DNA from: Azolla caroliniana
Lineage: Eukaryota; Plantae; Polypodiophyta
DNA: 64,000 nucleotides
Assembly: GCA_043228905.1 (NCBI GenBank)
Contig: JBHGNT010000017.1
Coordinates: forward strand, 806,001-870,000
Direction: 5' to 3'
Shown: positions 36,201 to 48,400 of the stretch, one piece after another
Layout of the letters: each line of letters begins with the position of its first letter
Numbering within the stretch: the stretch's first letter is position 1
Translations under genes and position numbers: made by a program
The notes under the pieces: generated by a model
Database searches by the model: none
Told to the model about the DNA's origin: nothing
What the model saw: only the letters and a program-made list of their open reading frames with translations

Positions 36201-36890
36201 AACACTGCAACATCCACGGCAAAATTTTTATATGAATGCATTTGGTGCCGATATGGATGTCCGATAGAGCTCATAAGTGACCAAGGTGGGCACTTCTTAG
36301 GGCAAGTAGTGGAATGTTTGACGACATTTTATGCGGTGGTGCACAAATGAAGCACTCCCTATTATCCGCAAGCCAACGGATTAGCAAAGTCAACAAATAA
36401 AACACTACAGAATATCCTGCGGAAAATCGTCAATGAGAACCGAACGGATTGGGATACAAAGCTGCACAGTGCACTCTAGGCCTACCGAACGGCATATAAA
36501 ACAAGTATCCGCACAACACCATTCCGCTTAGCATTCAGATTAGAAGCAGTGATGCCGGTAGAGTTCCAGGTCCTGAGTTTACGAATACAAATTCGGGAAT
36601 GCCTGAATGAGAAGGAATCGGAAGCTATCCGGTTAAACGCGCTGTGTGAATTGGAAGAACACCGGCTAGCCAACATCATGCACCTAGAACTAGAGTAGCG
36701 GCGAAGGAAGGCGTTCGTGGATCGTCACCGAAAAGGGAACGAAAAGATGTTCGGCATCGGTAAGCCGGTACTCGTTTTCCAGACCCGGATGGGTAAAATG
36801 TCGGGGAAGCTACGGTTTCGGTGGACTGGACCATATTGGATTACGCGAGAGTTTAACGGTTCCTACCAATTAGGGACACTCGTTGGTAAG
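33283..36890 (+). pseudogene. Gypsy-C pol (PR-RT-RH-IN) with many stops
   Basis: IIDGGSGVNVI, FRDVFAWSYEDMPGLDP, FLDGFSGYNQI, FLDDF, FVDASDIAIG, ECDLCQ, WGLDFVGP, ISDQGGHF, WTGPY. Confidence 0.93.
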
Positions 36891-37373
36891 TCGGAAGCGT
36901 CGGCAAGCGGTCCAACGTCCGGCAAGGATTACAATCCGGATAGGGGTCCAGTGGGGCCGGTTGCTAATTAGCAAAACCATTTATCTTAAAAATATAAAAA
37001 AATATAAAAAAATCAAATCAAATCAAATCAAAGTAAATCATGCAAGGGCAAGGGGTGAACGGACACATGCAAAAGGAAGGAGTGAACAGGCATTTTGAAA
37101 AGGTACATAGTGGGCTATTAATAGGGTATTAAACCGCCGCCACATGGCACGTCATTCTATTTTAGTACATGACGTGCACATGCGCAGGTAATGAAAAAAA
37201 TAATAAGCGCCAACATGCAACAAGAAGACCCCCGCCACATAGAAACCCTCACATTTCGCGAACAGAGGAGCACAAACGCAGACAGGCGATTGAAGATCAG
37301 TTGACGCGAACCCACGCACACAAAGACTCCTCACACACAACCCTCACCAGCGCTCACCGACCTCGACGAAGCC

Positions 37374-39044
37374 ATGGACTGCCAAGCTCTCTCTGAAGTA
37401 GCCAAGAAATGGCTAAGGCAACACAACTTAGAGGGTTTCCTCACCATCATGGAGGCGCCACCGCACCGGGAGGCGGAGAAGATAGTCAAAGAAATCGACA
37501 CGGAGCTGATTACTGAGGAGGCCATCCATGTGTTGATTGGCCTTCCGGAAGGGGGAATCTTCACTATCAACAACCCTACCATGAAACAACTCCGAAAATA
37601 CTTTGGGGAATACTCTCTGGCAAGCAAGGCCTACCGGACACAGGGCGACGAAGATACTCTCTTTCAAGAGATTGCCCGGGTACTCCATGAATTTGGACAT
37701 GTATACCCTCGACCCCCCTGCATGCCCCAGAACCGGGCCGGCTTAATCATAGCCACATATGAAGGCGTGAAGGTGGATTGGCCGGTACTGATTGCAGATG
37801 GCCTCTATGCGACCATCAACTCTGTCAGAGGCAAAGAGGGTCGGAAGATATGGACGGCAGTGGCGCAATGGCTCACTCTATTGGTGCCACCTATCGAGAC
37901 CGTCAAGAGCATGAAGCGGGGAAGAACAACCAAAGGCACCCCGAAAACGGCCTCTAAACAGCAACAGTTGTCAGCATCTAAGGCAACCAAAAGGAAGGTG
38001 GCCGACACGGACCAGGCGGCAAAGGAGCGTGCCAACAGGAAGCGGCAGGCGGAAACGCAAGAGGAGCCACCAGTGCAGCCAATCAAGATCAGGCTTAGCC
38101 GACCAGTTCAACAAGCGCCGAAACCCTTGGCAGCGAAAATCAACATCGGGACTCAGGAGGAGGAAACGGAGGAGGAACCGTTAGAGCACCTCCGGCGGCG
38201 CCAAAAGGCAAGCACCTCTGAACATGTTGGGGAGCGTTCGGACCCAAAGAAGGATGGAACACCTGTACCCCGCCCTGAGCAGCCCGCACCAAGGATGGAA
38301 CCGGAACCGGTAAGGACAGAACCGGCCACAGAGCCCCCTACACAACAACCTCTACCGGCGGGTCAGGATACGGCAAGACCCGATATGCAAGCGTTGGAAG
38401 TACAGTTGCCGACCCCACCGGCAAGCCAAGAGCATTCAGAGGCGGAGCGGCCAATGGAGCCGCAACCAGAACGACAAAGTGGTCACCAACAAGAGCCAGA
38501 GTTGCAGCTCGACGCAACTGGACAAAACCGACCACTGGCCAACGACACCAACAGCCAACCCTCCAGGCAGACGCAACAACAGGGCACCGGTAGCCAATGG
38601 CTCCAGTGGATTGGAGAACAGATTTCCGGAGTGGTACACTACATAGAGGCGGAAGAGAAAGCGCAGATGGACCGGTTGCTCGTCACAACCAGAGAACTAG
38701 AGACAGCCCGGTCAAGGATCCGGAGCCTAGAACAAGACTTGGACCTGGCCACAGAAGAATTGGCCTTAACCGGACCACAGCTCCAAGCACCAGTGACTCC
38801 GATAAATGTACAGAATAAAGAAGCATCAGCAACTGTACATAGCAATAAGACCCTGGAGACGGAAACAGTCCCGGAGATAGTGGCGGCGCAAGCAAAAGAG
38901 CTTGCTGAATTAAGAGATGTACTGGCCGCACAGGAAGCATTACGCACCCGAGAGCGGGACTTGAAGAAAGCGGCAGAAGAAGAGCAACGAAAGACTGTTG
39001 AGAACCTCCGCCGGGCAGAAGAGAATCTGCGGAAAGGACATTAG
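37374..39044 (+). CDS. extra 3' ORF of Gypsy-C (556 aa, probably longer originally), function unknown
   Basis: Long sense ORF downstream of the integrase: globular-looking N-terminus, Pro/Gln/Glu linker, coiled-coil-like end that continues past the TAG to about 39217. Confidence 0.7.
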   Translation: MDCQALSEVAKKWLRQHNLEGFLTIMEAPPHREAEKIVKEIDTELITEEAIHVLIGLPEGGIFTINNPTMKQLRKYFGEYSLASKAYRTQGDEDTLFQEIARVLHEFGHVYPRPPCMPQNRAGLIIATYEGVKVDWPVLIADGLYATINSVRGKEGRKIWTAVAQWLTLLVPPIETVKSMKRGRTTKGTPKTASKQQQLSASKATKRKVADTDQAAKERANRKRQAETQEEPPVQPIKIRLSRPVQQAPKPLAAKINIGTQEEETEEEPLEHLRRRQKASTSEHVGERSDPKKDGTPVPRPEQPAPRMEPEPVRTEPATEPPTQQPLPAGQDTARPDMQALEVQLPTPPASQEHSEAERPMEPQPERQSGHQQEPELQLDATGQNRPLANDTNSQPSRQTQQQGTGSQWLQWIGEQISGVVHYIEAEEKAQMDRLLVTTRELETARSRIRSLEQDLDLATEELALTGPQLQAPVTPINVQNKEASATVHSNKTLETETVPEIVAAQAKELAELRDVLAAQEALRTRERDLKKAAEEEQRKTVENLRRAEENLRKGH

Positions 39045-39227
39045 GCCTACCAGCGGCTGAAGGAGGCGAAAGAGAAGGCGCTGCAAGAAAAGGAGAAGCT
39101 GAGATGGATGGCGGAAACAGAGATCGAAAGGCTGAAAGAAAAACTCCGTCAGCAAAAGGACCGGGAAGACCGCGCTCGCCGGCAACTCAACCAAAAGTTG
39201 AAGCAGAAAACCAATGATTTTGAGCAC

Positions 39228-39265
39228 CTCTCTGATTCCGCCTAGGGACGGTTTTCTCCATGACA
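39228..39265 (-). repeat. terminal fragment of a Gypsy-A/H-type LTR at a deletion junction
   Basis: GATTCCGCCTAGGGACGGTTTTCTCCATGACA matches 8001-8032 and is followed by ACGT. Confidence 0.75.
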
Positions 39266-39329
39266 ACGTGGGCTCAAGAGGGAAGATCGAGAAAGATGCG
39301 ATAGTGAAGAGACATGGAATGAAGAACCT

Positions 39330-40448
39330 GTGTTTGAGGGAAAAGTCCATGATACTCAAGGATGCAGTCATGAAGAGACATGTTACAAAGAACGTGGGCT
39401 TGAGGAGACAGATCAAGATCTACACAATTATGACAAAGACAAAGATCATTACAAACTCACAAAGAGTGCTCAAGATCTACAAGGTTATGATTGTAACAAA
39501 GATTACTGTAAACACAAGAGGAGGAATCAATGTCGAGCTCTTCATGGATGTGCTAATGAAAAAGTACTCGACAAAAGTCGTGACGGTGAGTGTAGTTGGG
39601 ATCAAGACTCTCATGGTTTAAATTTTGATGACAAGTATGATAGGTTTAATGAGAGCCACGGACAAGAGAATAAGTTGGGAAGAGACGAAAACTTTACATT
39701 TAAACGTGATGATGGTGATGATAATAATGATACACACGATTTAAGGCTTCATGATAGTAAGAGAGAGTTTATTATTGATGGTGAGAGTGAGTGCCAAGAG
39801 AAGAATGAGGGTTATGATGATAAAAAGTTGTGCACTTTCTGTGGATATAGTTATGATAAGGGTAATTATGAGGGTGAGAGTGACGAAGAGGAATTGTGTG
39901 TTTTAGGTTGCCTTGGTTTTCTTCAGGATAGATTTTATAAGAGTTTCACTAAATCAAATGGTGACATTCATGAGGATATCCATTATGAAAATAGAATAGG
40001 GATTTGTGATGATGAGGAAATTCTACAAAAATATGTCCATAAAGATGTAGGGTTACTTAATGATCACAAGGGTATAAGTAAGGAAAATCTAGAAAATGTT
40101 ATTTGGGATGTGTATAATGATGATGTTGATGTTGTGAGTATGTGTGGGAAGGATGGGATTAAGATTGATAAGATTGTGGGTAATCTAGAAAATGTTATGA
40201 TGGTTTGGGATGTATATGATGATAATGTTGGTGTAGTGAGCGTGTGCAGGATGGATGAGTTTAGGGTAGATGATATTGAATATGATGGTTATCTCGTAAT
40301 AAATAATTTGGTGACTAAAGATGTTGTTAATTCAAAGGATGACTATAATGATGATGTACGTATAATTAACAATGAGGTTGTTATCAAAGAAGATGATGTT
40401 GTGGTAAAATGGATGATTATTACTTATGAAGAAAAAGGAAAGAAGTGA
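39330..40448 (+). other. Asp/Glu-rich low-complexity ORF (372 aa), probably internal to a degenerate retroelement
   Basis: No recognisable domain; internal repeat ENVIWDVYNDDVDVVS/ENVMMVWDVYDDNVGVVS; followed by a purine tract and TGTT at 40491. Confidence 0.35.
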
Positions 40449-41448
40449 TTATGAGGACTACCCATGGGAAGGAAGGGAAAGATGGTGGGATGTTCAACTA
40501 AACAGAGGAGGTTGTATTGCCAATGTTTCCATCTCCCATCTCAAAGAAAAGGATTGGCTAATAAGAAGAAGCACCCAGTTTTTGGATTCGGTTTGACAAG
40601 TCGCATCAACTGCACCCCAAGTAGATCGAAGGAGGTTGGGTATTGTTCTACAACAACAACCTTGACAACACAAAACGATAAAGAAAGTTTGCAAGAAGGT
40701 GAAACGTGCCAACAACAACGCCACCTACCAACTCGTGGAGCTAGACGGATCAAGGTTGGCCATACCCATTACGGCGAAAAGATCTTCAATAAAAGACAAG
40801 CTGCTTATCTTATCTTATTGGTGACTTGTCTTGATTCTCAACATTGATGTCAAGGGTTCAAACCCGGAATTAGAATTTCCATCCATCCATCTATCTATCT
40901 TAAACACTTCTTCAATTCTCATCTCTCTCTCTCTCTCTCACACAACCACATTAGTGTGTCACTTCAGCTACTACAATTTCATTTCGTGTGGTCATTCACT
41001 CTATCTCTGGAATTCTCGTCAAGAAGGAAATAGCACCGGAAAAGATCATTTCGTCGTCGTCGTCGCCCGCTAAACGTTGCACACCACATTACCGCCGCCT
41101 ACACATCAATCCACCGCACCGTTGATTCTAGTTCAGGTGCATCTTCGACAACAAAGAACAACTCGACAATAAACCTAAAACGGCTAATTCATCTCCTCCA
41201 TAACCACTAGCGGATAGAGGCCCGGTGCTTGTCCGCACCTGTGTGACACGCACATCGCGACATTTGGTGAGTGTGTTACGCGCCACGCGACAAAGGTCTA
41301 TACAACACACGCCTAATTCTCAAATGCCAACTCGTGCACCTAATGCGGATCTTGACAACTTGCTCCATCCACAATAGAGAGACATTTATGTGGGACCGAG
41401 GATGACAAAAGTAGTTGAAACCTGTTGGCAAGGAAACACACAAGAAAT

Positions 41449-42045
41449 TGTCGGGAATCGACTGGCCACAACCGGTTCCATGTTCATATTCGTGTGCAGA
41501 AAACCAAGAACTAGTACACAGACAGAAAAATGTAAAGATACAGAGACACCGATATTTGACGTGGAAAACCCGAAATGGGAAAAACCATGGGGGTCTACAA
41601 ACCCCGAATAAAACAGATCACTATGGTAGAGAGGAAGTACAAATACGGAACTTGGAGGCAACGACCTCGAGTTCTGCTTCGTCGACAGACAGCTACAGAG
41701 TTACACTCTTACTCTCTCACACACGGTTACAGAGGCAACTACCTCATTCTAACTTTACAATAATGATCAACTACATTTACTAAAGTTTGCCCTAGTTGCT
41801 TATAAACAAAAGCAATTTTCTAGCTATTTACAAGTATAGCCCCCAATGATACATTGTATCGAGTTGAGGCTCATAGGAGACCTAACTCAATACATTGTAT
41901 CGAGTTGACGCCCCTAGGTGCACCAACTCAATACAATGCATCGAGTTGGAAGGTCAACTCCATACAATGTACTGAGTTGGAGTCCTAACTCAGTACATTG
42001 TATTGAGTTGAGAGTCCAAACTCCATACATTGTATCAAGTTATTC
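41449..42045 (-). repeat. truncated copia LTR (Copia-1 related) with tandem repeats in U3
   Basis: Reverse complement ends GGTTGTGGCCAGTCGATTCCCGACA like 4438-4483. ATACATTGTATCGAGTTG-type repeats at 41848-42040. Confidence 0.75.
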
Positions 42046-42901
42046 TCTTGCCTTGCAATTACTCGATATAGTTTAGGGTTTAGAAACAAAATGTCTGTAC
42101 ATTTTAGGGTTTGGGCTTACCTGGAGTCTGTCCTAGATTTCTTTTTGCTCGAAATGTTGAGTTGTTGGTGGAGTAGGTGTGTGTTTGTGTCCTCAGTGCT
42201 CGGTGTTCATCTATCCTCTCGTGCTCTCGCGTGCTCTCCGGTCGCCCATGTGCAAGTGAGGAAAAAAAGGAATAATTTGTCGACCTATTTATAGGAGGAA
42301 AAGTTAAGTAAGGTTAGTTAAGCATAACTATAGGGTTAGTTTAGGGTACATGTGCACTAATGTTGGAGAACAAGATACCTCATGGTGGGATGTGTTCTTT
42401 AATTATCAAGAAGAAATTGTTAATAATTGTATCGTCGGTACATGGACCATGCAGATCCCCTTTACATTGTCGTGGAGGATTCCGGCCATAGGGGGAAAAG
42501 AGAGTCGGATGAGCGTGAACGGGGGTGTGAACGGATTCACACAAATTTAAACCGTTTTGATGTACCAATATGTGTAAATAGTAAGGTGTTAGTCTAAGTA
42601 TTGATAGGTACTACATAGACTATCTTAGTAGGTACTTTATGATCACACATATAGAGAGGAATAAGGGATTGATGGGAGAAAATCAAGGGGGAAATCTAAG
42701 AGAAAATTGACTATCTTAACAGCTTGATGGGAAGGTTTCTCTCTCTCCTGGAGCAATAAAAAGGAGGGAGAGAAGACTTAGAGATCCATACACGATTTTA
42801 GAGGACGAAATGTTGCGGGACCGAGCTTGGCAAGTTTTTGTCTTCCTAATCTCTATTTCTAACGTCGTGCTGTGAGGCTTCCATTTGCGTTGGCAACCCA
42901 T

Positions 42902-43765
42902 TGTCGCGAGTTTTCATGTGGACATGTCGGAACAGGGCGGAGCCACTGGGGTCTTGAACCAAGGATTCGGTAAGCGAAGAGGATTATCCGGATCGGCCTC
43001 CAGGTAACCTCATGGGAGAGTGGTTCAGACAGGTGAACTCACGGGCTCAGCACGCATTATCGGTTCCGGACCTGCGCCGAATAGGGAACAATGAGCTCAC
43101 GGGCTCTCACACCAATCATACACTCAAACGGAGATAGAACCGAGATGAGATCACAAGCTCCAGACGCGACAAACACACGACAAACAAAAACGGTGTGGAG
43201 TTACCCGAACATGAACAGAGACTCGGCAAAAACTAACAATTAATTAGAGGAAACAAAAGATTACAACCGGATGCAGTTGGCAACAGAGCTATGAGCTCCC
43301 GACACACACACACTAGCAAGCCTCTAATCAGGAGCACACGGCTACCAGGTGAAACATAATGCTCACAACACAACGACCGAAATAGCGAATGGGAAAACAG
43401 AAATCTACAGAGCTCGGTCCAGCACCACTTCATTCTCCAAATTGTGGATCCCTTTCTCAGTCTTCTCTCCCTCCTTTTATAGCTCAAGGAGGAAGAGACC
43501 GTTACATCAGGCTGTTATGACAAGCGCTTTGAATCCCTGATTCTCTCCTCAATCTCCTTCAATCAATCACCTTTATTTCTCTATTCGTGTGACAATAAAG
43601 TACCTATCAAATCCCTTCTACCATGTATTCCTCAACACTCAACTAATACTAGGTTATTTATTGTACATGTTTGTACATAAAGACAGTCTTGTGTGCATCC
43701 GTGCACACCCCCGTTCCCGCACTCTCCGGCCCCTTTTCTCCTTGTAGCCGGAATTCCCCACGACA
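42902..43765 (-). mobile_element. solo LTR (TGTCG lineage), inverted relative to its host LTR
   Basis: TGTCGCGA...CCACGACA. Flanks CCAT and CTGT are each one deamination from CCGT. Confidence 0.8.
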
Positions 43766-43801
43766 CTGTGTGCTCCGGATCGGAGGCTCGCTAGTGTCTA
43801 T

Positions 43802-44351
43802 TGTTATCCGTGGGACAAAAGGATACAATGTGAAACCAATCTAAGGATATGAGTAGGTAAAGTAGGTGAAAAAATGACAACCGAGAATTAGGAAGGTAAC
43901 GGAATACATGTCGCCGAGAATGAAGGCCGAGAAGAAAGGATTGACTAAAGTGCTCTAAGCAGAAAGGGAAGCTATAAAACGAGGAGCAGAATCAACAAGA
44001 AGGGAGGACAATGAGGGAGAGTGATCACCCTACTCTAGAGCAGATTATTGTTATCTATCTAACTGTATGAGAATAGAACTCCGGTCGTGAGCCGTGTAAC
44101 CTTTGCATCTGAATCTATTAATATATCTATCTTTATGGGTCTAATATGTTCAAGCGTCTATCTCTGTTAATCGGATTAAATTTCTATCTTAGTTTCAAAG
44201 TACAATTTATTGGGCCGGTTGTGGCCGACTAATTTTTTAAATCAATTACTTGTGCAATCCCGGGTTCCTTGTCCACCACTACGTACCATGACCCCCTTGA
44301 TCCGATTACCCTAGAAGTGATCCAAGGTGTTATCTCCAAGTAGAGACAACA
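43802..44351 (+). mobile_element. solo LTR, TSD TCTAT
   Basis: TGTTATC...GACAACA with TCTAT on both sides, TATAAAA and a CCGGTTGTGGCCGA motif shared with the copia LTRs. Confidence 0.8.
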
Positions 44352-45499
44352 TCTATGTGTGTGTGAGTGTCGAGAGTGCGAAGCTCTATTGCCAGCTGAG
44401 TTTGGTTGTATTTCTCCTATTACTGATCAATAAATACCTCTTTGTTTCTAGTTTTCTGTCTTTCTTGTCTCTACCCATGACCTTGTCCCGTCCTCTTTCC
44501 TTGCTTGTGCATACTCGAGAGTGTGACCCATGAGTTCATTGTTGCTTTCCAGCAACAGGTGTGGAACTGTATATGTCCCTTAGCCCATGTGCTTAGTTCC
44601 CGACATCCAGAGGCTTGTTCGGATCAAGGACACGTTACCCGGCAAAGTCATCCAGAAACCGGTCCAGTGAAGTTATTTGGAAGCTTATCTAGACAACTTT
44701 CTTCCCTCACCGGCTCCTTGGTCCGAGGCCCCGATGGTCCCGCTTCGTTCCTACAATTTTGGATTAGTAAGGATTTGGACGTGGTGATGCATGAAAACCA
44801 AAATCAAATGCAGTCTATAAAGGTGCATTGGTACAACACTAGAAGCAAAAATGCATTTATAAGCAAGTATGTGTTAGAGATGATGGAATGTCCAAGGTCA
44901 AGAGGAAAAGAAACATTTGTAACACATCATCCCTTGACATTAGTGAGGTGGATATTATTGTTTACGAATTTATGCTAACAAAAATTGGACATTTAGGGAA
45001 GTCAACAATAGACATAATAAAGCAAAAATTACCGATTCTACAAGATCTTCAACACATAATTTAGAACCATCTGGTTTCAAATGAAGACAATGCTTTAATA
45101 GGTACATTTGAAGATGATGAGGAACAACCAACCTTGTATATTAGTTATAGTAGTGATTCTAGATCATCAAAGGAGTGATTTATGTAAACCCTAAACTCTT
45201 GAATGTAATTTTGGTATCAAATTGTAATCAAATTCAATTTGTAATACTCAAATGACATAAAAGTTACGTTTTGAAATCTGTCGCTTTGTATGAAGATTGT
45301 TTATTTAAAAAAACATTACTTGTTTTTTTGAGAAAATACACATTGTAACTTTTAGATAAGAGCCTAAATTTTATGACTTTCCAACTTTATGAAATTGTGC
45401 ATTTTTAAGCTTTTCCAACTAATTATTGAGAACATGTGATTCTGGTATCATTGTGTTTTGTGAAATGGGTATATAAACCCCAAAATCAAACGGAATATT

Positions 45500-48400
45500 C
45501 CTTATCCTCCCATTTTTGTGTGATTCTTCCACTTGTGAACACAAACCTGTTCACAATTATGTATTGAACCCTCAGGTGTTGGTAGGAGACATCTTTTCCT
45601 ATCCACACCCTCTATGGGACATCACCTTTCAATGGCACTAAGGGAGACCTATTGATTAGATAAACAGTTGTATACATCACCTCAGCTCAGTACGATTAGC
45701 ATCTCCATAATCGTCCGATTCATCCTCTTTGCAAGCCCATTCAACTCAGGGGTCTTCGACACTGTGTATTCGATTTGAATACCTTGGGCATTGCAGTACG
45801 CCTCGAACTGCCCTCTGTATTCAACACCATTGTTGGTTCAGATAGCCTTCAACTTCCAAATCTACTCTCTTTTGGCCATTGCCTGGAACTCCTTGAAGAA
45901 CGACAGTACTTAGTCGTTCGACTTTAGTACCAAACCCACAACTTTCGATTATAGTCATCTATGAACGTCACAAAATACTCCCCACCTCAATGTGATGCGG
46001 CATCTACATAGCACACATCGGTGTGTACTAGTTCTAGTGTAGGTTCTCTTCTCCTTGGTGGTCTCATGTGGAATGCAACTCTGTTTTGGTTTCCGACTAA
46101 GCAGTCAACACACTTCTCCAAGTGTACTCTTTTCACTTCTGGGAGAAGCTTTTGATCCGCTAGGATGTGCATTCCCTCTTCACTCATGTGGCCAAGCCTC
46201 TTATGCCACAATTCTCCACTCGAGTCGGCTACCACATTTGCTTTCGACTTGCACAGTCTAGCTTGCATCATGTACAATGTGCCTTGTTTCTGTGCTTAGG
46301 CCACAATGAGATTTCCCCAACAGAACTTCTACTTGCCACTTCGAAAGCTATCACTATAGCCTTTGTCTCCATCCTTCCAGTTGATATCATATTCAGCCTG
46401 AAATCAGGCACGTGTCAGACATCCTTCAAAGTGAGCCGACAACCGGTCAACATTATCATACATACATTTCCGACGCCGACTATCTTTACATAGCCATGAT
46501 CATCGGTTGTGTAAATCAAGAAACACTCTCTTGACGGAGTTATATGGAAAGATGCACCTGAGTCGATTACCCAGGTACACTCTTCACTTGCAAGATTTGT
46601 GCTTGCCTAGTCACAAATGAACAAGATCTCCTCTTCGGTTGTGGCTATGGTAGATGTGCCCTTCTCCTCATAAATCTCACTGGGTTCAATATCCTTTGAG
46701 CCACCTTTTTCCTTCTTAAGGTGTTGACAATCCTTCTGGAAGTGTCTAGGTTTTCCATAGTAGAAGCATGTAAGCTTACCTCTGAACTTGGATCTGGCAT
46801 GGGATTTGTCCCTTCTTTGTGGACTTCTCTTTTTGTTCCTTCCTCTATCGTGTTGAGCCATATTTGACTCCGATTCGGATTGGACAACCTTGTCCTTCGT
46901 TATTGTCTCCTCGTTCAAGAGACTTGACTTCACCACTTGTGAAGACAGGTCTTCTTCTTGACACGAGATGTTGAGGGTCACCATCGGATTCTCCTAGTTG
47001 TCCAACAGTGTGCCAGCAACAAGGCCTACATAGCATCATCAAGGGGAAACTTGGTTGTTGCAAGTTGGTTCATATACCCCATGAATGTGTTGATGTGTTC
47101 CACTCTGCTCTCCCCATCCTTGTACTTCAGTTGTATGATCTTCCTCCTCAAAGATGTCTTGTTCAGGGCATTCTTCCTCTCGCAGAGCCCTAACAACTTC
47201 TACCACATCTCGTAGGCATTTGTGTCGTTCACCACATGCTGAAGGACACTAACGGTTATGTACTGTCTGATGGTGGCCACTGCCTTCCTATTGAGGAGTT
47301 TCCATTCAAACGCTAATAATACCCTCGTGGATATTTGTTCTCTATCGATGGGCTAATATAAATCTTTGAAGATGAGAAGATCTTCCATCTTGATCTTCCA
47401 GTCTACGTTGTCGTGAAGATTTTTGGCAACGGTGTGAAAATTGCATGGAATGTACAAAATTGAGTGTGGTTCTTCACACACAATATGAAACAATAATAAT
47501 GAAGATATTATTTTATATTAGTTTAATATCTTGGTACAAAAAGATGGATGTCTTCAAGAGCTTCTGAATGCATTTTATTACATGTGAAACGGACAACTTA
47601 GTGTCAAGTTATGTGAGTGTGAAGTTTGAGAAGAAGAAGAGGTAAACAAAATTGTGAGATATCCCACATAGATAGGACACTATCTAGATTCAAGAGTATA
47701 TAAGTAGAGCCATATCTTTTTATATTTTGTCTATGTGTTAGGAGCCCAAAAAGGTTTGGTTGTATAACTTGGACAAATGGATGCGGCCAAGTTTTTCAAA
47801 ATGGTTTTGGAGAACCGGAACCGGACCAGACGGACGGCGACGAATCCGGAACCGGGACCGGGATAGACGCACGGAGATGGAACTGGGAATGGAACGGCCA
47901 GATTGCGACGAGACCGAGACCGGGACTAAACGGCAATGGAACCAGGCCGGCCAGACGGACGAACGGCACCGGAACCGGACTAGATCGGATCATCGGACCA
48001 GATGGACCAGATCACCGAGTCAGATGCGGACTGGAAAGATAGATCGAACGATTTCGGTGTGAAACGAACAAAATCACATGCATTTCATGCATTGTATGCA
48101 TGTCTTGTAGCCTCACATGCATCATATGCATGGGGGCGTCTATAAAAGAATAGATGAAAAATATCAAAGGGAGCGAGGTATTAATCAAGAATTTAATAAG
48201 AAGAAAAATTCGTTATCCAATTGATGATCTATCTTGTTCCTCAAATCTAAAGTCAAGGGTTCAATCTTAATCTCTCTCTACATTTCCATCTCTCTCAATC
48301 TAAAGTCAAGCGTTCTATCGTATCTCAATCTCTCTCTCTTTCAATCTATCTTAAATACTTTCTCGCTAAAGCTAGTGCAAACTTCGAATCCTTTCGGTCA

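Larger units (their letters stand above)
18677..39220 (+). mobile_element. Gypsy-C: non-chromovirus, Tat/Athila-like element; 5' LTR 18677-19111; interrupted by 21129-33278; 3' LTR missing
   Basis: TGTTAC...TTAACA LTR followed by PBS-like TGGCGACCAC (10-nt match to a tRNA-Arg end as recalled). Gag, PR, RT, RH, IN and an extra ORF lie in order. Confidence 0.9.
42468..44755 (+). mobile_element. old solo LTR (TGTCG lineage) with two nested solo LTRs
   Basis: Starts TGTCGTGGAGGATTCCGGC; U5 motif GGTCCGAGGCCCCGATGGTCCCGC near 44720. Right end approximate; flanks ACAT/ATTT. Confidence 0.65.

Noticed and set aside
42071-42346. Interstitial telomere
   Set aside because: Only scattered TTTAGGG units, not an array.
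44756-45180. DNA-transposon coding remnant (WISKDLDVV...IKVHWY)
   Set aside because: Too short and degraded to assign without a search.
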